NCBI RefSeq assembly: GCF_000743755.1
Contig: NW_014569465.1
Coordinates: 1 to 64,000, forward strand
Length of the DNA: 64,000 nucleotides
Reading direction: 5' to 3'
Source: Blastocystis sp. subtype 4
Lineage: Eukaryota
Below the pieces are notes generated by a model, which saw nothing but the letters and a program-made list of their open reading frames with translations, was not told where the DNA came from and did no database searches. Position 1 is the first letter of the stretch. Each line of letters starts with the position of its first letter. Made by a program: the position numbers and the translations under genes. This document shows, one piece after another, positions 26,240-39,884 of the stretch.

Positions 26240-27615
26240 TTACTTCACTCCACGATAAAATAGCATATAAGGTTCAGAATGCATCACTTCCTGGTAACTA
26301 ACATCGCGAATTTTCTCATCGTCACAACGGAACCACTGATTCTGTTCAGGTCCTTGACAAAAAGCTACATAATGTCCATTTGTAACATTGGGTCCTAAGT
26401 GTGTAATCACCTATTCGTTTCATTGTGTGTCCATTCCTACGGCATAGAGCTCATAATGTCGATAATCCACAGCACTGGCCATATTATAGGCATCCAGTGA
26501 GAGTTCTCTGCTAAAGACTATTCGCTTTGTTATCTTGAAAGGCATCTTTTTGACACGATCATAACTGAAACGCAACAGATGAAGCACCAGATAGGGAGGA
26601 GTCCGCTCGATTCGGTAGATCCCTTTACCAGAACCAGGCTCCCCTGAAAGGAAACAGGTCAAAGCATCATTAACGGAACGGATCTGGAATGAGGATTATC
26701 AAACAATCCTACTTCTCCAATTATTGGTAACGATAAGGTGGCGAAGGACTGCTGTTCAACACGTTGCTTCTTACGATATAGACTTGACTACATAACAATA
26801 ATTACTCTATTCTTACCTGCTTTCGTAACTGCGTTTCAAAGAGGGATGTGAGAATCCCTTCATCCATCCGAGCTTCATTGATTACCAGGCGTCGACCACC
26901 ACTTCCAACCTCCTCCCAATCTTGCTCACCTGAACTAGTTGTTTCCTCTGGAGTAAGAATCGACAACTCCGTTGATAATTCGGTAAGGATGTATAGAAAG
27001 AATTCATGAATATCGGACTGCTCCTCTGCAAACATACAGTTCTTCACAGCAATAAGCTCACGCAACTCTTGAAGATGCAAGCAAGCTGCATAGCGACTGG
27101 TCAAATCGGCATGAGCCTGTTTCATACACTCCACTATTCGTAATAGTAGTGTCAAAAAGGGAGTCCTAGGATTATCGACAGCCCCAAACTTGAGGAACAG
27201 AGCCTTTAGGAGCGAAAAGAAAGAAGGAGTGTGAAGAAGACACTACATTCAATGCAAGAAAAATAAATACCTGTAGGATACTATTTTGGTAACAGTAATT
27301 TCCTTCATTCACAAAACCAATTGTTGCAAATCCATCCAACACACTTGAATCTATCATCTTTCCATCTTCATCGGTCATTTGCTGTATCTGAGATTGGAAA
27401 GACTCCAAAAAGACGCGAATCAGATAAAGATCACTTTCACTCACCGTTTCTCCGACCTTCGCAGTTGAATGGATAAACAAATCCTTCTGTACTCCAGTAT
27501 CCTGAACACTAAGAACGTTAGGATTGGAATTCACAGGAGAAGAACAACTATCGCCAAATAAGTGTTTTGTACCCTTTGAAATCCAAGGATTCGAAATCTT
27601 CACAGATTTCTCCAT
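26240..27615 (-). CDS. Ubiquitin carboxyl-terminal hydrolase (USP10/Ubp3-like)
   Basis: Cys box GFVNEGNYCYQNSILQ, QSDIHEF, DWEEVG, PPYLVLHLLRF, His box GHYVAF, WFRCDD, PYMLFY. Confidence 0.88.
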
Positions 27616-27716
27616 TGCTAAATGAGAATGGAAACAAACTTCATCTCTGTTCATCCGAATACCACTACAAAACACATTATAATGAAAATGTGACAACAAC
27701 TTGGAACAAACAGATG

Positions 27717-28266
27717 CAAAAGAAACGAATAGGAATACGATGTTCCAGTGAATACCGAGCAAGAGTATTGAGATCTACTAATCAACTAAGCCGAGAAGAG
27801 TCACCAAGTTCATCAACACTCATCAAAGTATCATACACACGATCCGTAATTACATATAAATAGCTTTCAGTGACCAAGAAAAGAATACAACACAAACAAC
27901 TAATAGCAATATGGGGAAAAGAAGGAATAAAAATGAAAGAAAATATTGCCAAATATAGACAAAAATGTCTCCAACCACGATAGTTCAATTAGGGAACATA
28001 ACAATGAACATCACTAGAGGATATGATACCGAAATAGACTCTGTTAGTTAACCTTAACGAAAAGAAACCAATGAGTGGAAATGCTACGAAAGGGATGCCA
28101 AGGATTGTCAAGACAAGAATAATCTAACTAAAAACCATTCTATTTGACTTACACACTCTATTATACAACAGATCTGGACACACTTTGACAAGCCAAGAGT
28201 TGCCGTTACAGATCTACCATCTATCAAAGAAACAACACCAACTTGATGGAATTCGCGTTGTCATCA
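27717..28266 (-). CDS. Small hypothetical multi-pass membrane protein
   Basis: Several hydrophobic exons (LYLAIFSFIFIPSFPHIAISCLCCILFLV) and TGTTTGTT at 27712-27705; exon structure uncertain. Confidence 0.35.
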
Positions 28267-28367
28267 TTGAGAAACGACTTTAAAGACATTCATAAAGAAT
28301 TGAATGCAGCGAATCATAGTCTGTCATTTTAAAATTACTTAAAGAAACATTATGAAAAAGGTACAGT

Positions 28368-29208
28368 TCATTCAGAATCTGTTAAGATCTTCAGAAGATC
28401 CTGATAACTAGAAACATACATCATTGCTTTTTCTAACGCTTTCACTTTGTGAGTAACACCTGTATAACCAATAAATGCATCAGAAGACGGATAGGCATTG
28501 GCATCTAGAATACCATCACCAATGTTTACTACGATTCCAGTACCACCAGGAAGAGATCTTCGGATTCTACAATTAAGACAAGAATCTATATGCACTTTTC
28601 AATAACCACTGCTTTTCCATTCATGTCGGCTGTGTCTGCACTTATATCAAAACCAGCGTATTCTCCAGCATCATCAAAGATAAGCGGAATAGCAAAGAGA
28701 TGGGACAATGGGAGATTTAAGATCTTCATCAATGGCTCTATCATCTAGCAATCAATTGATTTCCACAATCCTACTTGCACATATCCGCCTGATGCTAAGT
28801 ATACTCGTTTTCCCATGTTTTTGCATGCCTCAATAAATTCAGGCGCCTTGTCACAGATTTCATAAGGAAACTGGGTGAGACAATCTTCGCAAATCTGTCT
28901 AGACGGCTTTAAGATGGACAATGAATTGCTTGTGAATTCCTCATAGCTAATCTCTCCAGCAATGATCCTAGAATTCAGAAAAACAGTCGATGCACCAACT
29001 TTCCTTTCAACGCCCTTATTTCAGACTCCTTATGTAAATACTGAGCTAACATGTCAATCCCCTCCTTTCGAATAATCGTGCTATCAACATCCATCACAAT
29101 TGCATCTGCTTTGCGCAATAGCATCACTGCCTTATTTACCGAGAAGCCTCCTTCAATTTTGGCACTTCCACGATAAATTTGGCACACTTGACGACAATAC
29201 ATCTGCAT
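28368..29208 (-). CDS. Phosphoserine phosphatase (HAD family)
   Basis: DAIVMDVDST, YLASGG, YAGFD, VNIGDG.LD, AFIGYTG. Confidence 0.9.
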
Positions 29209-29225
29209 TTTCCACTTGACACACA

Positions 29226-30270
29226 ATGAATTCAACCCGAATTCATCAAGCTGTCATGGTAAAAGAGGTTATTCTTGTTTAGAGTGTTCACTGCTAGGTG
29301 ATTGAGTATTTGGGAAAAGCGGTAATACCAAATCATGGATCTCCCTTATTTGTTGACGGATGTGCCGGTTTAGGAGGTCACTCCAAAGCTATTCTCACTT
29401 CCTTTCCTACTTCGCATTTACTGTGTATTGACCGCGATCCTATTGTTGGACTCTCTTTCTCATCTTTGTTATTTCCAGATGCATGACGAATTGATGTATC
29501 GGTTGCAGAGTTATGGGGATCGTGTGAAGGTCGTCACGGATTCCTATGCTGAGATTGGTAAGATTCTTCAGTCACAGAAAGCGAATGGAATTCTCCTCGA
29601 TCTCGGTTTCAATAGTGTTCATGTGGATGAAGCTGAACGAGGTTTCAGCTTTCTTCTAGAAGGTCCCCTTGACATGCGTTATGACCAATCGTCGGGAATC
29701 ACGGCATCTGATTTAGTTAATGGCCTAGATGCTCAGTCTTTGGCAGCCATCTTTGCCGAATACTCAGGGGAATCCTTGCGAACGAGTCGACATATTGGCA
29801 ACGCAATAGTAGCCCACAGACAATCCAAGGGTCCCTTCACAACAACAACCGAATTAGCTATGTTTTTAAATCACCACCTTGGGAACCGAAAGGGATCCAA
29901 AACACCATGTACAGGCTTATTTCAAGCACTTCGGATTGCTGTCAATGATGAATTCAAACATGTGGATGCCTTCATGAGTTCTCTTCCATTTGTATTGGAG
30001 CGAGGTGGAGTATTTGTTGCATTGTGCTTCCAGAGTCTTGAAGTTCGACGCTTGAAGATGTGGGTACGAAGGTATCTTGATGCACAGTCAGAATGGAGAA
30101 AGCAACACACACTCGAAGATCAGTCCGTAGGGATGATTGGAGAACATAAAACCTAGTTTACTATTCTCACTTCCAAACTTATTCCCCCTTCAGAGAATGA
30201 GGTTGCTACGAACAATCGATCCCGAAGTGCTTTGTTATATGCAATTCAGCGCAGATTGACTGTTTCTTGA
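29226..30270 (+). CDS. rRNA m4C methyltransferase RsmH/MraW (METTL15-like), probably organellar
   Basis: HQAVMVKE, VDGCAGLGGHS, IDRD, LLDLG, RGFSF..GPLDMR, FQALRIAVNDE, NNRSRSA. Confidence 0.92.
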
Positions 30271-30292
30271 AACTACTTAGTAAACAAACAAT

Positions 30293-31010
30293 TCAAAGAC
30301 CATTGATCTTTTCCGTTTGATAATGATACAGTTTATGAAATACAGGTGGAATGATTGCGTCCACTTTGATATCCAGCACATCCTCCGACTACACATTACT
30401 CTCCTTCCTTATCAATACTTCCACTAGACTCAATGGACATTCGTTCTGGAGAATCGATACAATATACGCTAGTTGGTCATCGCTCAACTGAGCAAAGTTG
30501 TTCGAAAAGTTTTCTTTCTCTTCAAGTGTTGGTTCTCTATACCTGAGAAAAGATAACAAGGTACCACTTGTACTCCTCAGGCACTAATTATCATCCTCCG
30601 ACAATAACCTCACATTTGCTTAACAGATTCTCGAATCGTTCCTCAAATTTCTGAGATATTTTCTGACATACAATACGAATATCTGTTCCTTCGGGATTGT
30701 ACAACACGCAATTGGACCAAATCAGACGCACATCCGCTGCAAATGCATAAATATCTTTGTACTCATCCTTTTCTAGTTTACTCTACTAAATGAGATCTCT
30801 GTTATGGAATTACTCTCACAGTCCCCAAATCCATTGGTTGTTTCACAATCTGTGGATAATCAAGTAGGTTCCACTCTTTCCATGGAACAGGACTCAAAAA
30901 AGGTTCTATCCTTGATAGTACCCTACGAACGTCTCACCCGCTTCTGGTAACGTGGATAAATTAACGAGGAGTTCCTTACACAACAATAACGGGTTCTGTT
31001 CCTCTGTCAT
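30293..31010 (-). CDS. Bromodomain plus ET domain protein
   Basis: EPFLSPVPWKEWNLLDYPQIVKQPMDLGTV, FAADVRLIWSNCVLYNPEG, LDIKVD ET-like tail. Confidence 0.85.
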
Positions 31011-31061
31011 CGTAGAATAATGTTCTAACAAACAAAGAACAAGCAAAAACAATATAACTCA

Positions 31062-32902
31062 TTACATTCCAAAGAAATCAAAGTTCATCGCCTGGTTGGC
31101 GGGCTGTTGGGCAGGTTGCTGAGGCATTCCGTAGTTCATCGGTTGAGTGGGCTGAGGAGCCATTCCATAGTTCATTGGTTGCTGAGGCATGCCATAGTTC
31201 GTGGGCTGAGGAGCGGGCTGGGGAGCAGCTTGAGGAGCAGGAGTGGAGAAAAAGTCGTAACCACTGGAAGCAGCGGGAGCAGACTGAGTACTAGGAGTTG
31301 AGTACATGTCCAGGAAAGAGGCAGGCTTTGTAGCAGGAGCAGCAGCCTTCACAGGCTTCGAGGGAGCCAGACCCTGGAATGCAGAGTTGATATCGGCTGC
31401 TCCAGCAAAGTTCACATTGAATGGATCATTGCTTGAAGCAGCAGCAGCAGCGGCAGGTTGCGAGAAAGCAAAGGCATCGTCCAGAGAACTCGCAGTGTTG
31501 AAGGAGAAGGGATCAGCAGCAGCGGGAGCAGGAGTAGGAGTAGGAGCAGCAGCAGCAGGTGCGGCAGGAGCTGCGGCAGGAGCTGTGAAGAAGTCAAAGT
31601 CACCAGCAGGTTGGGCTGTGGCGACAGGAGCTGCAGGAGCAGGAGCAAATCCAGAAGACTCTTGCACTTCTTCGCCCTGATCTCCTGACTGGATCCGATT
31701 GAGCGTATCAAACACAGTTGCAGCCAGTTTCTTCACCATAGGATGGGGATAGTTACCCAGCATCTGCAACTCCTCTGTGTTCTGTGAGAAGTAGGTCAGG
31801 AATCCATCAGTGTTGGGAGTACTCAAAACCTCCTGAATCGTGTACAGAGCCTTCATCACCACCTTCCAGTTCTTATCACTCAGCTTACCCAACAGAATTG
31901 GACCCACCACTGTTGCATCCAGTGTCTGACAGGCATTCGCAAAACGAGTCAGCTTATCCTTAGGAGGTTCTGGACGCATTCCCTGAGGCGTACACAATTC
32001 CTCCACCAACTTACGCTCATAACTACCATCTGTTACAGCAGAACCTGCTTTGATCACAGGAGGTGTGTACACAGGTGCAGGAGCTGGGGCTGGAACCGGA
32101 GCAGCAGGCTTACGATTGAAGAAGCCACTAGCTGCAGGAGCAGGAGCTGCAGGCTGAACTGGTTGAGCAGGTTGAGCTGGTTGCACAGCAGGAGCACCAT
32201 AACGACCTGTCATTGCAGGTTGAGCGGGTTGAGGTGGCTGAGCAGACTGATAGATAGAAGCGGGTTGAGCAGGTTGAGCAGGTTGTGCTGCACCTCCAAA
32301 AGTACCACGAGCACGATTCAACCAATCATCCTTAGGAGCAGGAGGAGCACGGGAACCACCTCCAATTCCCTTCACAGCTGTTGGAGCCGCACTACCCACA
32401 GAAGCACCAGCAAACGAATCCACAGGTCGAACTGTATCATTACGGTTGCGAAGCGTCTCATTAAACAGATTGTCTACCGTCTCACGAGCAGTTGACTGAA
32501 TGGCAACATACACAGCATCGCCCTTCAAGGGATCCAGAGGACCAGTAAAATTGAAACAGTCACGAATCAACTGATGATGAGCACTCATCTCTCGCTGGAA
32601 ATCAACACGACCATTCACAATCAAATACTAGCTCTCACATACATCCACACAACTCCTACATTGATAATTTTAAGAGCCTTCAGCTTCACATTCGGATCCG
32701 ACTTCTTCAGACGAGGAAGCAACAAACCAACCAAGTCTTTGCACTTCTGCTGTCCACCCCATGTCGAATCTATTCATCATCAAGACGAACCTCAAAACCT
32801 ACTCACAAGTTCCTTCAGAACAAAACCAGGAGTAGGAGTATCATCAGATGATGTACCCTTTGATACCAGGTTTCTATCACTCATCGTGTTCTTTGTAGCC
32901 AT
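31062..32902 (-). CDS. Tepsin-like AP-4 accessory protein (ENTH plus VHS/ENTH-like domains, low-complexity tail)
   Basis: GTSSDDTPTPGF, NVKLKALKII, FTGPLDPLKGD..Y..I...ARE, second domain ERKLVEELCTPQGMR. Confidence 0.85.
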
Positions 32903-33405
32903 GATACTCAGTGTTTTCCTGTGATCACTATACACAAAGATAAGCATTCATCCACGCAACAATCACAATCTCCTCCATGTAACACATTCAATTTCAAATT
33001 CACGACATCCTTACATTTAGTTTTTGGGCTTGTTTCATGAATTGGACATGCGAGTTCAGATTTGGGCCCTATTCTTGGATTCTTCATAAAACGAATTGTT
33101 GAAGCAACATATAATTGGCTAGAAAATAGTTCATCCAATAAATCGATTCAATCATGCATATTTGGTTTGAACTCCATTCTTCTTATACTTCAATATCATT
33201 TTATCACCTTGATATTCGTTATCAGGGTCTTTTAACTTCATATCCATGAAAACAGACAATTGCAGTTGTCGAATTCATTCTCATTCAAACTCCATCTTTT
33301 TGTTTTTCAATGTCCATATACACTTTTAACATTGTTTTCGTCACAAAAGTGATTCCATATTCCTTTTGACTGGACCTTGTTCTATCAAATTCAATATTAA
33401 TAAGA

Positions 33406-36400
33406 ATGCAAGAATCATCTGTGAATATTTCAGGTCTCTTTACAATGCTTGAAGGGTGGGAAGAGAGTATTTCGGTTGGAAGTTGGTCCTTGTCTATTTA
33501 TATCTAGTCAATTGTGATTTCCCAGCTTTTGAAGATTATTGATGTGTCGTGGCCTGATATTACCCAATACTTACAGATTCTCATTGATACTCCTGCAAAC
33601 ATATCTACTGAATTGCAATATTCTGTAAACTATCTAATTTCGAAGGTATGAAGTGAGAAGAGTTGTTTTGATCGTTAGTGTTATTTTCATATGCAGGACT
33701 ACTATAACTCTCTGACCTATGCATTACAATCAGGAAATCACTTTGACTTGAACGAAGATTCTCTGTATGTGCGAGCTATGATCAGTAGAATTGTGCGAAA
33801 AGAATAAACAATAGACACTTGTATCGATGAATACAGAGAATCGCGAAAAGCCCAAATCGAAGACTCAGAGATTCCTGAAGGTGTTCTTCACATAATGAAT
33901 TTCATTTTCTCTCAGTCACTCAGCAAACAGAACATATCTCAGTTAGTTGGTATCAGTGTGGAGTGTAATCGTCTCGATCTCTTAGAGAGATCTCTTCGTT
34001 GCAGTAGTGATTTGTCCAGTTCCCTCTATCACCTTCTATCACTGTTACAGGACTTTGATTATCCTGAGTCTGTTCGGAATAAACTTCTTCAACTAATCTG
34101 TTCATTATTCCAGGAGTTGNNNNNNNTTCCGTTGTCTGCTTCATCTCTATAATCTCCAGGGAAGTGAGTGTTTGATAAGGATTCAACTGTTAGTGGCTTC
34201 TCTGCTTATTGATTCCTACACCAATGCCCCCACTGTGGCCTATCAAATCGCTTTTGATCTGGCAGGATTAGGTGATGAGGGGCTGATCACTGCATTGTTG
34301 CCACTTCTCCCTTCTGATTCGTCGTTCGATCGCTTGCGTGATATTCTTCGTGGTGTTGTGACCCGTCAACTGTAAGCTCTGGAAAGGAGAGTGAGAGATA
34401 GAGCACAAGACTTTGTGACACGTCGAAGTCATCATGATGGTCGCTTGCTTGAAGAGTATGTGAATTACGTGAATTATGAGGACACGAATGTACAAGCAGC
34501 CATGTTAGTAGCAAACAGTCTTACTTCCATTGGCAGTGGAAATGAGTTCATTCTAAATAATGGAAACTGGGTAAAGAAGGCAGAGAACTGGACCAAGTAT
34601 CATATCATTGCTTCTTTTGCTATGGTTGGAGTATTGGAATGGATTGATCCTAGAGACAATTATTTGTTCCACAGGAGACTGTTGAAGCTCTTCAAAACTT
34701 CTTGACGAGTGAAAATGAAGAGGAGCAAGCAGGTAGTCTGTTTGGATTCTCATTGTGCTCGATGTCTGCTGTAAGGATAGAAGGAATTGTTCACCAATAG
34801 GAGGATACAGCTGATCAGGAGCAAGTAGCTCGAATGCGACGTATTGTGAGAGAGAATGGTCCAAAGGAAATGTTGACACATGCAAGCGCTTTAGGTCTGG
34901 GACTTATCTATTGTGGCTCTTATGACCAAGGACTCACTGATGATCTCTTTGCTTTGATTGATGTAACTCCCTTGAATCCTTATGAAGTGTAGGAGAAACC
35001 ATTTGTCGGTATGGCAGCAGGCTTGGCAATTGGTCTTGTGAATTGTGGTGAGTAAGAGGAAAAGATGTGATGTATAGGTCGAGATGACTCTGTTGAGAGA
35101 CTGGAAGAGGAGATTCGAGAGCATCTTCTGCCCACATTACGTGAGACTCAGCATGATCGAATCGCTGTGGGACTGGCTATTGGTCTGGCACTGATGTTCT
35201 ATGGTTCACATACACATGGAGAAGGTCTGTTGCATGAAATGTTAGGTGACAATAATGCTTATGTCCGTATGGCAGGTGTATTGGGTCTGGGTTTGGCATA
35301 CGTAGGAAACCATCATTCACACAGAGTGATCACAGAGTAAGAATGAATGAAGAGAAAGATTGCTACAAATCATTGCTATGGATGTATCTGATACAGTTCG
35401 ACGAAATGCAGTGTTTGCACTTGGATTCGTCTTTGCGGATGCTCCAACTGCATTCTTGCCAACAGCGAAACTCCTTCTCCAATCATATCATTCTCATATT
35501 CGATATGCTGCTGCACTGGTATCAGGTCTAATTAATGCTGGATCAGCACATCCTGAACTAAGTGAGCCATTATTGAAACTAATGGATGATTCTGTGAGAA
35601 TAAGGAGAGTTGTGTGATGAGTAGGAGGATTTCGTGGCTCAGGGTGCAGCAATTGGGTTGGGAGCGTTATTTATGGAATGTAACGAGGCCAGTAGTAAGC
35701 AAGTGAATGAGTATCGAGAGAAGGTGATGAAAACACTGAAGAATGAAGGGTTCGCTGGATCTCGACGTACAGATACTGTGCTACGTCGTCAGGGAGCATT
35801 ACTAGGAGCAGGTTTGTTGGATGCAGGAGGTCGAAACCTGATTCTTCAACTACGTTCGCCTCTTCATACGATGCGTCGTGAGGCTACAATCTGCTGTTTC
35901 TTAGCATGTCAGTTGTGGGAATGGTATCCTCTCTTCAATCTTATCATGAAGGCACTCACGCCTTCAGCATTCTTGGCTGTGGATAGTACGATGAAACTCC
36001 CTCGAGATTTCTCTCTTCAATGTAACGCTTCTCCAGAGTTATTTGAGTATGTTCCTGCGATCCACAAGGATGAAGAGGATGTGAAGAACAAGAAGTCTTC
36101 AGTTCAGTTCTCCTTCCAACAGACACGATCTGCCAAGGCTACACTTTCCAAATCACTTCGTCGAATGTCTACACAGAGTCGATCGACAGAGAAAGAGAAG
36201 GGAAAGGTAGAGGAGAAAGTGGAAGAAATAGCTGAAGAGAAAGAACCAACCCCAGAAGACATCAAAGAACCTTCAAAACCAAAGATTACAGAGTTTGAGA
36301 TATCAAATGGATCACGCATCACTCCTCTGCAACTCTCCTTCTTAACACTTCCTTCTCAACGTTTCTCTCTGGTAGTCTCACTCTCTGAGGTGGTCAAATC

Positions 36401-36545
36401 GGGAGCTCTTCCTGGAGTACTTGTGCTGAACGACACTACTCCAAACTCTCCATGTTCTTATCTGGATTTGAAAGAGGAAGAACTTCCAGATCAGAAATGT
36501 CCTGAACCCTTTGTGTACCACATCCCTGAAGCACCCAAAGAATAA
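33406..36545 (+). CDS. RPN2: 26S proteasome regulatory subunit RPN2/PSMD1 (contains a 7-N assembly gap)
   Basis: PC repeats (ALGLGLIY, AAGLAIGLV), DVSDTVRRNAVFALGF, FVAQGAAIG, GLLDAGGRN, C-term PEPFVY. Confidence 0.9.
34120..34126. other. Assembly gap (7 N) inside RPN2
   Basis: nnnnnnn in sequence. Confidence 0.99.
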
Positions 36546-36754
36546 TGTGTTTGTTTAACAAATTACTCGATTTAATTAGTTTGAATTGTTTCTGAGAATC
36601 CAGATGTACTGAGTAATCAGATTCAATTAATTCTATTGATGAGTGTAATTGGTTCAAATTAATCTTTAACCCTAATCTACAAACAACAATCAAATCTAAT
36701 TAATTCTTTCGATCAAATCAATTTCTGGAATAGTATCCCATCATTCTCTCTTTG

Positions 36755-37640
36755 ATGCCGGGTCCACTCACTCCGAAAGTAACAATGCGCATTGCTAAGC
36801 GTATTGCTCGTAGTAGTATCTGTTCGAGAAGAGAAGCAGAGAGATTGATTGAGCAAGGCATCGTTAAGCTAAATGGAGTGCTCGTATCTTCTCCAGCTGT
36901 GAATGTGACTTCACAAGATGTGATTACAATCGATGGAGAAGAATTGCCTCCATTCCAGCGAACTCGTGTTGTTCTAGCTTATAAACTGCCTGGAGAACTC
37001 GTTACAAAGAATGATGAAAAGGGTTTTCACTTGTTTTACCTCTAATGAATAGGAAGACACACAATCTTTGATCGACTAAAACAAACAGGACTAGATTGCC
37101 ATATTATGCCTGTCGTATGGATTTGGATATATGTTGAGAATAGGGACAACTCGATTATCATACTGAGGGCTTATTACTACTTACAAATGATGGAGATTAT
37201 TCACGATATCTAGAGCTTCCTGCAAATAGTATTCCTAGGCGATATCGTGTCCAGGTGTATGGTAGAGTAGATTTGAGATGGTCTATTGACTGTAGTGGGA
37301 TGAAAGTCGTATTGCAGCCTTACGTCACAGTAACATAGTGAATGGCGTTCGATATCAGGGTTGCCTGATTAAACGGGATTCAGGTACTATAGCTGAGTCC
37401 CAATCTCGCCATTGGTGTACCATTCAAGTCAACGAAGGAAAGGTACGAATTGGTGTGTTGAATCATTCATAGTATCATGAAGTGAAAATTCTTATGGGCT
37501 TTGTAGGTTTACAAGTCCTGAAACTGATGCGAACAGATTTTGGTGCTTATTCTATAGGGAATCTAAGTCAAGGTGAATTCCGTGAAGTCCGTCCTATTCC
37601 TTTAAACAGGGTGAAAAACATTCATCCGTTTTCGTTTTAG
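36755..37640 (+). CDS. S4-domain rRNA pseudouridine synthase, RluB/RsuA family
   Basis: RIAKRIARSSICSRREAE, YKLPGE, PVGQLDYHTEGLLLLTNDG, EGKYHEV, LMRTDFG. Confidence 0.88.
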
Positions 37641-37891
37641 TACTTGTTTGTTCGTTTAGTAAAATGGTTTATCAGCAATGTCGTAAAAACATAATCATTA
37701 TATGTCATGTCTTCCTATTCTGCATCATGTAAACATTATTTATTAATATACGTAGACATTTAAATCTACTGATGAAGCAAAATAACAATAAAGTGAAATC
37801 CAATATCTCAAGCTACTTCATCTTTTTCATTATGGGTATTCATTCTTTTCATCCAACGTATTAAAGAAAACAGAATAATAAAAGGACCAGA

Positions 37892-39828
37892 TTAAAACCC
37901 AAAGATGTCTCCTAGAACCATTTCCACTGTTAGTGCTCCACTATCCAGAACCGACTACATCACAGAATCTCTACAAAACTTACATTGATATAATCAGCCC
38001 GTTCCGAGATAGAAGACCCATCTCTTGATAAATAAGCAACCAGATCATGATAGGTTATCTGAAGTCTTGACGCCAATTGATGCAACCGATTTGTCAGTTT
38101 CAGCTACAAATCACCCTTCACAAATGGTCTCACCTGTTCACTCATATTCATCTTTTGAGGAGAGAACTTAGCATTCACCATAGCTGCCTTCTCCTTCACA
38201 TCCACTACCTCCTCTTCCTTCTCAGCCGAGTCATTCTCCATCTGTTCCTCTTTCATCTTCTTCTACTCTTCAATCATCTCTCTTCACATACTTTCTCCTT
38301 CTGACGCCTTCGTTTCTCTCTCTGTCGCTCCCTCTGTTTCTCTCGTTTCTGCTCTAACTCTTCTGCTGATAATGGTTCTGGAATTTGGCTCTTCACATAA
38401 TCCCATCTACAATGAACCATTCCAGAAAAAGTCACTTATTTGGATTCTTCTCTCGATAACTTATAAAAGCCTGTTTGGCCAATTTTGAAGAACACAGAAC
38501 GAAGGGAACTCGTTCCTTTTCATCCAACACACAAGGATCGCATCCTCCTTCCAGCAAAGCCTGAATCAAATCCACATCATTCTTCTTAGCAACCAGATGG
38601 AGAGGAGTTTCACCATCATTATCCCTAACAATGTGAATAACTGCAGAATCCTACCAGAGAAATCCATAATAAGGTCTTTGTAGAAGAATAGAACGCATGG
38701 TACTCACATCTCGTGTATGTAGACTCGACCAGAAGATAGAGAGGAGATTAGTCTCATCCTCAGACGGTGCTGGCTCAGTGGAAGACTTCTCTGGTTCAGA
38801 AGCTTCTACAGGAGAGTTTGTAGCTTCCTCTGTCTTATGGATGGCTGGTGACGCCATTTCCACAGGGGCAAGAATCTCTTCTGGAATAGGTTGACTCTCT
38901 GCAGGTCCCAAAGTAACAGTAACAAGTTCACGATAAACACGATTCATTTCAGTCAAATTCGGTCGACCGAAAAACATGGGAACTTTGCGAATCCGAGAAT
39001 CGTCACGATTCAAACAACCCTCCTGAAAGAACAAGGAACTAGTGTTAAGATTCAGACCAACTCAAACGTATTCAACTTAGTGGTACCCAAGAACACAGCA
39101 GAACAAGAACGAATTTCCTGCTGCAGACTCTGAACCGTTTTATGTACCTACATTCACATAATCATCTCAAGAGATACAAATTCCTGCATCAGCTCTTCAT
39201 TGTGTCGTCGTAAGCGAGCACCCATGGAAATGGCTTTCCCAGAAGAATTGTCCTTCTTGCGCTGTGCTCCTCCTTGCTTTCGACGAGTCGTATATCGTTT
39301 TTCCTGACGACTTAGGAGCAACTGTCCCTTATTATAGATTCCAAGAATAAAGTATCCACTTCGATATAGAATAATACAGAAGTGACCATCCAAATGCGTT
39401 GGCAGTTGAGACACTGCTACCTCACGATTGTTGTAACCACTCTCTAAGATCCTTTTGTACATAGTCATACGTCCAAATGAATAAACCAAGGATAACAAGC
39501 AGCCCTCTTCGATTACTTCCATCGAATCGTCCTCATCACTGTCCGAAGAATCACTGTCTTCCTCACCCTTTTTCAGAGATTGACGTAATAGTTTCAGATG
39601 CTGTTCTGACTTGAAATGAATCTTCTGTTCCTCCAGAGTATCGAATACCTTGTGACACATAGAACAGGCAAAATGAAGAAGAGAATTCTCTCCATGAACA
39701 TCAACTGAATTAGTTGCAGAATTCACCAGAGAATACAAATCATTCTTAGGAGAAGTGCCCGAAGCATGCTCAATCTCTCTCCGGATATCATCTGACAACT
39801 CATAGAGAAGGATTCTTGAAGACTTCAT
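37892..39828 (-). CDS. VMS1: Vms1/ANKZF1 ribosome quality control factor (C2H2 ZnF, VLRF1, ankyrin, coiled coil)
   Basis: CSMC..HFKSEQH, RYTTRRKQGGAQ, SMGARLRRHNE, DDSRIRKVP...RPNLTE, ankyrin GETPLHL. Confidence 0.88.
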
Positions 39829-39884
39829 AGAAATGAAAGAATGAATGAACAAACAGAACATTGCACATAAAATAACAACTAAAT

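Noticed and set aside
32090..32300. Tandem repeats as a possible CRISPR array or satellite
   Set aside because: In-frame coding repeats (AQP) with no spacers, in a eukaryotic gene
31107..32495. Several + strand ORFs antisense to tepsin
   Set aside because: Shadow ORFs of a GC-richer low-complexity coding region
29226..37640. Bacterial contamination suggested by RsmH and RluB-like genes
   Set aside because: Both carry host-type short spliceosomal introns and sit among eukaryotic genes; probably organelle-related
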